DNA of 64,000 nucleotides from Azolla caroliniana (Eukaryota; Plantae; Polypodiophyta). Under the pieces are notes generated by a model. It worked only from the letters and a program-made list of their open reading frames with translations. It was not told the origin of the DNA and did not search any database. The position numbers were made by a program, and so were the translations under genes. The stretch is taken from contig JBHGNT010000017.1 of NCBI GenBank assembly GCA_043228905.1, positions 8,742,001 through 8,806,000 on the forward strand, read 5' to 3'. This document shows positions 38,890 through 46,500 of this stretch, in pieces; position 1 is the first letter of the stretch; each line of letters opens with the position of its first letter.

Positions 38890-39713
38890 ATAGGAGAATG
38901 CTGATTCAGAAAAATTCGGATTCGGCAAGCCTGGTCAAGGAAACCTGCAAAGCTCGCACTACACGGAAGGATCAGAAGGATCTAGTTTCGGAAATGGAAC
39001 ATGCCCAGTCTTTGTGATAAAACACAAAGGTAATTCGATGAAGAAGACCACTTCCGGTTCAAAGGAAGCGTGATATGTTGACTCCGGAGCGTCGAACCAT
39101 ATGACGAGCCACGAAGAGTTGTTTTCATTCCTAGAAAAACCGGAGCAACTGGGACTTGTCAAAACCAGAGACGACACTCCTCATACCATTGAGCATATCA
39201 GTGAGGTTCCTCTCACCCATGTCGGGTAGAGGGGAAAGCTAATGAACATCCTGCACGTCCCGACAATCACAAAGAATCTTGTGTTAGTCGGATAGATTGT
39301 CCACCAAGGGATGTAGGTCTGATTCACACATCTCGGGTGCTTCATCGAAGAAGAGGGCAAAATCATCGCGTAAGGGCACTGAGACGAGAGGGTGTTAATC
39401 CTCGACACCAACAACGTCGGCACCTGTGGCACCAACAACGTTCGCAAAAGGACAGAAGGTCGAATCGGATATCAACCTGTGGCACAAGCGGATCGACCAC
39501 GTCAACTATCAGAGGCTTCAAGACCTGCAATTGAAATAGATTGTTTTCGGATTGCCCAAATTTAGTGGCCGGAAGGCCCAAATTTGTGAAGCCTGCAAAC
39601 TCGGGAAGCAACACCGGCTTCCATTCCCCACCGAAAGAAAATGGAGCCGTAACAAGCTCAATCTAATACATTTGGATGTATGGGGACCGACACCGAACGT
39701 TAGTCTTGGCGGG
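38890..39713 (+). pseudogene. Copia remnant (gag end, protease, GAG-pre-integrase, integrase N-terminus)
   Basis: *YVDSGASNHMT, LWHKRIDHVN, CEACKLGKQHR and LIHLDVWGP. Cut by the LTR of element C. Confidence 0.85.
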
Positions 39714-40021
39714 TGTTAGCCAACCAGCAAGGAGTGGAGGACAGTTCAGAATATGAAAGGGCAGAAATAATCGGAGGTTGTTATTAGGATATTAAGTAAT
39801 TAAGTAGATTTTAGAGAAGTGAACGGACTGATCGGAATCTGTATGCCGATCCGGATCTGAACTGGTTCATATTAGTGTGCCGGTTGGCACCGTTTTGTAG
39901 GCAGAACCGGTGATCTATAAAAAGGCCCGGTTACATTGTAAATGGCGACGGATAATTAATAAAGCTCTATTGTCTTATTTCTGCGTATTGATTACCGTTC
40001 TGTGCTAATTACTTTCTATCT

Positions 40022-40432
40022 TGTTATTCGCTTAGCCGGACAAGGCTTAACACAAGGTGTCACGGAGACACTTCACCAAAGGGTGATTACGGCATAGGAT
40101 TAAGATTCAACGATTACACCGACTTACGTAGGTTACACGATTAGATTGCTTGGTTAATTACACGCGTAAGATATAACAGTGATTACAGAACGGAAATCAA
40201 GACAGAAGTACAAACATCATAAGCTCTATTAATTATCCGCTGTCATTACAATAGGGTCCGGGCCTTTAAATAGGTTTCCGGCCCGTAGTACAAAACGGTG
40301 CCCCTCGCACCTATTCGGGATCCGTCCGGATCTGGAACGGCATACCGTTTCCAGTCCGTCCGTCCACTCTATCCTCATTTACAACCATATATAATTAATT
40401 CCGTATTTTGGACTCCTTGCCGGCCGGTAACA
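40022..40432 (-). repeat. 3' LTR of B
   Basis: Direct repeat of 49418-49828, TGTTA...TAACA. Confidence 0.97.
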
Positions 40433-40434
40433 CA

Positions 40435-40472
40435 TGGCACGCCCGTGGGACAGTACCTTGTACGTCGAACCC
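40435..40472 (-). promoter_or_regulatory. tRNA-Arg(UCU)-3'-end-like module in the PPT position of B
   Basis: Sense strand reads GGGTTCGA-C-GTAC-AAG-GTAC-T-GTCCCACGGGCGTGCCA-TG-[3' LTR]. No purine tract. Homologous module at 63857-63897. Confidence 0.8.
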
Positions 40473-40484
40473 TTCTCGGCCCCT

Positions 40485-43463
40485 TCATTGTTCACCCGAA
40501 TTGTCCAAAATACTTGGTTCAAGAATTTCCGCTTGTTCTTTCGGTTGTGGTTGTTGCGGCTGTGCTTGCTGCTGCTGCTGTGATTGCGGTTGTGACTGAG
40601 GTTGCTCCGGCTGCTCTGCTTGCTGCTGCTGCTCCATTTGTTTCGCTGACTCCGGCTGCTCAGTTTGTCTCTCTGGCTCCTGCATCTCCTTTTGACTGCT
40701 TCCGGTCCGGTCTCCTTCCAGTAACGGTTCCTCATCACTGAGGTTGACCGTAACTGGTTCTCGTTCTTTCTCTCCCCGGATCCGGGACCTCTCGTAGCTT
40801 TCAAACTGGATCTGCGCCTCCAGCCTGTCGTCGTCCAGCTGAGCTACAAGTTGCCGGACTTGCTCTAGTTGGTCTTCTGCCAAAGCTTGAAAGTCTTCGG
40901 CAAGCTCATCTCTTATGCCGGTGAAGTCTTCGGATGTTAGCATATAGCAATCATCTCCCTCCTTCCGCCGGTTCTCTACGTCAGCCCGGAGCAATTGGAG
41001 TTCCGCCGCGTTCGTGGCCCACTTGGTCCACCATTTGACGGAGCCGTTGTCAATCAAGCTCTTGGTCTGGTTCAACCAGGCCCGCATTATATCTTGGATG
41101 CGACTTGCTCCCATTTGTGCTCTGCTTTCCACCACTTGTCGCTCCTCCTTCAACTGCTTGATGAGATTTGCCGTATCCTCCGCCTGCTCCCTGTAGCGCG
41201 TCAGCTGTCCTTGATATGTCGTTTGCAGCCTCTGCAGTACCTCCGCCGCTCTTTCTTTTTCCGCCTGCTGTTGCCTGAGGAGCTCTGTCCGAACCTTCTC
41301 CGCCTCTTCCAACCGTCTTCTGTTTTCCGCTTGTTCCTTGGCGAATGCGGTTGCGGTCCGATCAACTGCTTGCCGGAGCTCATCCGTCCGTTCCTTGTGC
41401 TCCGTTTGCAACCGTTTATACTCCCGGTGCAATTGCTCAAATTCCTCCGTTTTTTGTTTGAGCTTGCCGTTGATCTGGCGATTGTTCCGGTCCTCCCGGT
41501 CCTTTACCTGCCGGAGTTCCTCTTTCAGGCGCTCTACTTCTGTTTCGGCGTTCCTCCGGAGCTTGTCCTTCTCTTGCAGCATTTTCTCCTTTTCCTCCTT
41601 GAGCCGGTCGTAAGCTTGGTGGCCTTTCCGTAAGCTCTCCTCGGCCCGGCGTAGATTCTCAGCAGTCTTTTTGAGTTCTGCCTCCGCTGCCGTCTTCAAT
41701 TCTCTTTCGCGGCTCCTCAGCGCTTCTTGGGCAGCAAGCTCATCCTTTAAATCCGCAAGCTCTTGGACTTGTGCCGCATTTCTCTCCGGAACGGTTTCCG
41801 TTGCCGGGGTCTGATTGCTATGTACAGGTTGATTTGATACTTTATTCTGTACATTGCCCGGAGTCACCGGTGCTTGGACTTGTGTTTCCCTTGTGACCCT
41901 GTCCAAGTCTTCTTCAAGGCTCCGGATTCTGGACCGGGCCGTCTCTAGATCTACGGTTGTGACGAGCAACCGTTCCTGGTGCGTTCTCTCTTCCGCCTCT
42001 ATATACTCGACCACTCCGGCGATTTGCTCGCCTACCCACCGTAGCCACATGCTACTGGTGCCCTGTTGCTGTACTGGTCGAGTCGCCTCATTCATCGTGG
42101 AATTGTCTGGCCTGATTGCCTGCATATGCCGTTCTGGTTCTACTCCTTGGCCGCCGTGTGCTCTGGCTGGGCTCGCCGGCTGTTGAGTTCCGGTTCTGGC
42201 CGTCTCCGGAGCCGTTGGACTGACTTCTTCTATAGAAGTCGACAAGACCGGTTCCCTACGTACCGGTTCCGGTTCTTCCCTTGTGGTTTGCTCAGGTTGA
42301 GTTGGGGGCGTCTCTGCCTCTCGCGGGTACGACCGCTCCCCTCCTGCCTCGGCGGTCCTACTTCTTGACCGTCGTTGGAGGTGCTCTTCTGGCTCCTCCG
42401 TTTCCTCTTCCTGTGTCACGGCATGTTTCTGTGCCGTCAAGGGTTCCGGTTCCTTCTGTCCTGGTCTCCGTAAGGTTATTTTGACGGGTCGGACCGGTGA
42501 CACCTCCTCCGGTTCTGGGGCCCGTTTCTTCCCTTTCGTCGCCTTCGACGCCAGCAGCTGCTGTCGTTTGGACGCCGGCTTCGAGGTGCTTCCTTCCGAT
42601 ACTCTTGGCCGTTTCTTTGGCTGGACGGTCTCGACCGGCGGCACGAGCAATGTTATCCATTGAGCTACGGCGTGCCACAGCTTCCGGCCCTCCTTGCCGT
42701 CCTTCCCTCGTACCATGTCGATTGCCATGCACAACCCGTCTGCAATCAACACCGGCCAGTCCACCTTGACCCCTTCATATGTGGCTATGATCATCCCTGC
42801 CCGATTTTTTGGCATGACAGGGGGTCGGGGGTACACGTGACCGTACTCATGCAGCACTCGAGCTATCTCCCTGAATAGCGGATCTTCGCCGCCCTGCGTC
42901 CGATAGCCTTTGCCGGCAACAGAGTACTCACCGAAATATCGGGTGAGTTGCTCCGAGGTTGGGTTATCGATCTGAAAGATTCCTCCCTCCGGAAGGCCTG
43001 TTAGCGCGCGGATCGCTTCCTCGGTGATGACCTCTGTGGCGAGCTCCTTGATGACCCGGTCGGCTTCTCTGTGCGGCGGTGCCTCCATGATGGCCAAGAA
43101 CCCCTCCAGTCCGTTTTGCCTGAACCATTTCCTGGCCGCTTCCGACAGCGTTTGGGGTTCCATGTCTGCTTCAAGGTCGAGGGAAGATGGCGAGGTAGAG
43201 TGGTGATGAGAGTGAGAGCGAGAGAGAGAGCGTTCTGAGCGCGGAGGTTCTCTGCGTGCAGGTTCGCGTTTGCTCAGCTTCCACTGTCTTGGTGCTTCTG
43301 TGCTTCTTGGCTCGCGAAATGAAAAGGTCTCCATGCGTTCTGCTTCTTCTTTGTGCGTTTTGGCGCCTTTTTCGAGCATGCACACGTCGTGTACCCATTT
43401 AGTATTAAGTAGCGTGGCGTCTCTTAAATGCCCACTACGTACCTTTTCGCGCCTCGCTTTCAC
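40485..43463 (-). CDS. B ORF2 (up to 992 aa; real start probably a downstream ATG): conserved N-terminal domain, basic linker, long coiled coil, Q-rich tail; function unknown
   Basis: Long uninterrupted ORF inside the LTRs. The N-terminal domain is conserved in A and C (VITEEAIRALTGLPEGGIF...YFGEYS...HEYGHVYPRPP). Confidence 0.9.
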   Translation of the reverse strand: MKARREKVRSGHLRDATLLNTKWVHDVCMLEKGAKTHKEEAERMETFSFREPRSTEAPRQWKLSKREPARREPPRSERSLSRSHSHHHSTSPSSLDLEADMEPQTLSEAARKWFRQNGLEGFLAIMEAPPHREADRVIKELATEVITEEAIRALTGLPEGGIFQIDNPTSEQLTRYFGEYSVAGKGYRTQGGEDPLFREIARVLHEYGHVYPRPPVMPKNRAGMIIATYEGVKVDWPVLIADGLCMAIDMVRGKDGKEGRKLWHAVAQWITLLVPPVETVQPKKRPRVSEGSTSKPASKRQQLLASKATKGKKRAPEPEEVSPVRPVKITLRRPGQKEPEPLTAQKHAVTQEEETEEPEEHLQRRSRSRTAEAGGERSYPREAETPPTQPEQTTREEPEPVRREPVLSTSIEEVSPTAPETARTGTQQPASPARAHGGQGVEPERHMQAIRPDNSTMNEATRPVQQQGTSSMWLRWVGEQIAGVVEYIEAEERTHQERLLVTTVDLETARSRIRSLEEDLDRVTRETQVQAPVTPGNVQNKVSNQPVHSNQTPATETVPERNAAQVQELADLKDELAAQEALRSRERELKTAAEAELKKTAENLRRAEESLRKGHQAYDRLKEEKEKMLQEKDKLRRNAETEVERLKEELRQVKDREDRNNRQINGKLKQKTEEFEQLHREYKRLQTEHKERTDELRQAVDRTATAFAKEQAENRRRLEEAEKVRTELLRQQQAEKERAAEVLQRLQTTYQGQLTRYREQAEDTANLIKQLKEERQVVESRAQMGASRIQDIMRAWLNQTKSLIDNGSVKWWTKWATNAAELQLLRADVENRRKEGDDCYMLTSEDFTGIRDELAEDFQALAEDQLEQVRQLVAQLDDDRLEAQIQFESYERSRIRGEKEREPVTVNLSDEEPLLEGDRTGSSQKEMQEPERQTEQPESAKQMEQQQQAEQPEQPQSQPQSQQQQQAQPQQPQPKEQAEILEPSILDNSGEQ

Positions 43464-43491
43464 ACCCGTTCATACCTCGATTTTTAATGAT

Positions 43492-43524
<33 letters not shown>

Positions 43525-43549
43525 CAGTCTTTAATGACGGTGTGTGACC

Positions 43550-46500
43550 TTACACATCCGTAGGTCCCTTCGGACCCTGACCGTTTTCCTTACGGGTTGC
43601 CGTGTCTTCCTTTGTCTCTGCTACGGGTTCCCCGTCGTCTCTTTCTTCCGGATCGATCCGTACCGATCCCGGACAGGTTCCTGGTGTAGTGCCGGTGAGC
43701 TGCATAAACGGGTTCTTTGGCATCGGTCCTTTATAGGGTTTTAGTCGAAATCCGTTTACCCACTTGCCTAGTACTTCACCGGCAAGTGTCCCTATCTGAT
43801 AGGACCCGTTGTATTCCCGTGTCAGCCAATACGGGCCTGTCCATCTGAACCGGAGTTTACCTGGCATTTTGCCCATCCTCGTTTGGAAGACTAGAACCGG
43901 CTTTCCGATTTCGAACATCTTTTCGTTACCTTTTCGGTGACGGTCAACGAACGCTTTCCGTCGTCGTTGCTCCAGTTCCATGTGGAGGATGCTGGCCAGC
44001 CGTTGCTCCTCCAGTTCGCATAGTGCTGCTAGCCGCATTTCCTCCGACTTCTTTTCATTCAGCCGTTCCCGTAGTTGGATCCGTAAGCTTGGTACCTGGA
44101 ACTCGACCGGCATGACCGCTTCCAAGCCGAATGCTAACCGGAACGGTGTTGTCCGGATACTTGTTTTGTATGCCGTTCTGTACGCCCATAGCGCGCTATT
44201 GAGCTTTGTATCCCAGTCCGTCCGGTTTTCGTTGACGATTTTGCGGAGAATGTTCTGCAGCGTTTTGTTGGTGGATTCCGCCAACCCGTTCGCCTGTGGG
44301 TAGTACGGTGTGCTTCTTTTATGCACCACGGCATAGAACGTTGTTAAGCTTTCCACTACCTGGCCGAGGAAATGCCCTCCTTGGTCGCTGATCAGTTCAA
44401 TCGGACATCCATATCGGCACCAAATGTTTTCGTATAGGAATTTTGCTGTGGATGACGCGGTGTTGTCTCTCAGGGCCTTAGCTTCCACCCATTTCGTGCA
44501 ATAATCCGTTGCCACGATGACATAACGATTACCCGTTCTCATTGCCGGTGGCTTGAACGGTCCGACAAAATCCAACCCCCACTTCTGGAATGGCTCTAGT
44601 GGAAGTACCGGTTGGTGTGGCATTCGTGCTTGCTCCGTAGGCTGGCCCATTCGTTGGCATAGGTCACATTCCTTAGCATACTTGACGGCGTCTTTTAACG
44701 TCGTGGGCCACCACAAGCCGCTCTGCCATACTTTCCTCGCCGTCGCTTCCCCGGCATAGTGTCCTCCGGCAACCCCACAGTGTGCTTCCCGTAAAATTAC
44801 TTCTTTCTCGTCACTACGGACTGCCCGTCGCCATATTCCATCTGCTCCTTTGTGGTAGAGAGTGTCCCGTAACAGACAGAAATTGCGGCTCTGCACCGCC
44901 AGTCGTTTCCTCTCGTCCCGGTTCATTTCCTCCGGTGGCAGGCCCGTGCTTAGGAACTGGTGCATGTTTGTCAGCCATTTATCTTCTGATGCCACCGTGT
45001 CGTCCGCTGCCGTTTCCGGGGTGACACGGAATAACTCCGCGTCCGGGAATTCATCCGCTACTCCGTCGCCTGGTTCTCCGGACTCTAACCGGCTCAGGTA
45101 GTCTGCTACGGCATGCTGGATACCGGGCCGGTGGAAAATCTCGAATTCGAACTCCTGCAACAGCAAGGTCCAACGGGCCAACTTACCGGTCAGGGACGCC
45201 TTGGAAACTAAGTAGAGGAGCGCCGAGTGATCCACATGGAAGGAGAACTTCCTTCCCAATAGGTAGTGACGAAACTTTGTGACACTGTAGATCATGCCGA
45301 GGGCCTCCCGTTCCGTCGTTGAATAGTTCTTCTCCGCTTGGGACAGCTTCCGGCTGGCGTAATATACCGGCCGGTACCATTTGGGCTCCGTAAGCTGCAT
45401 TAAGGCGCTGCCAATCGCGATGTCGGACGCGTCCACGAACACGTGAAATTCCTTGCTCCAATCCGGAGGCTGTACGACGGGTGCTTGCGATAAAAGTACC
45501 TTCAGGGCATTGTATGCCTTATCCTCCGTCTCCGTCCATTGGAACGGTGTCCGATGTACCGCGGTGTGTAATGGTGTCGCCAAGTCCGCCAAGTGACGGA
45601 GCATCCGGCTATGCCACCGGATTTGTCCTAAAAATCGGCTTAGTGCTTTGGCCGTTTTCGGCGCCGGTGCCCCTAGTATGGCGTTTACTTTGTCCGGGTC
45701 GACCGCAATGCCCTCCTTACTTACGATGTGTCCCAGCAATATTCCACTTGAAACTCCAAAGATGCATTTCGCTGGATTTAAGCTTAGCCGGTATAACCTA
45801 CACTTTTCAAGGCATAACCGGAGGTGCTGCAAGTGGTCTTTTCCCCGGCTATAGACTGCAAAATCATCCAGGAAAACTTGCATGAAGGCAGGAATGTATT
45901 CGCCGAAGATCTCCATGATGATTCGCTGGAACGTTGCTGGTGCCGTTTTTAGGCCGAACATCATGACTTCGGCCACAAACACCCCCCATTCGGTGACGAA
46001 CGCTGTCTTCTCCTGGTCGTCCGGGTGCATCCGAATTTGATTGTACCCGCTGAACCCGTCTAGAAAGCTATAAACTTCATGACCGGCGACGGCATCCAGT
46101 ACTCCGTCCGTGAACGGAAGCGGAAATGCATCCGTAATTGTGGCGGCATTTAGTTTCCTGTAATCTACGCACACACGGATTTTACCGTTCTTCTTGGGGA
46201 CGACGACGATGGGGCTTAGCCACGTCGCTTTCTTTACCGGCCGGATGAAGCCCACTCTTAGGAGTTTGTCGATTTCCTCTTTTACTTTGGCGGCGTAGTT
46301 GGGGTTCATTCGGTATCGTCGTTGCGCTACTGGTTTCGCGTCCTTGCCTAAGTGGATTTGATGCTGATATAATTGAGGGTCCAGCCCTCGCATGTCTTCG
46401 TATGACCAGGCGAATACGTCGCGAAACTCCGTAAGCAGTTTGATCATCGCCGCTTTATCTTCCGGCTTCATTTCTTTGGCGATGTGAACCGGCTTTGATT

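Noticed and set aside
40473-40495. Purine-rich GAAGGGGCCGAGAAGGG (sense) as the PPT of B
   Set aside because: It lies about 40 nt from the LTR and is interrupted by CC. A PPT must abut the LTR to define its end, and this one is not conserved in the 63.9-kb copy.
40485-43463. Envelope gene / endogenous retrovirus
   Set aside because: No signal peptide or transmembrane helix is visible.
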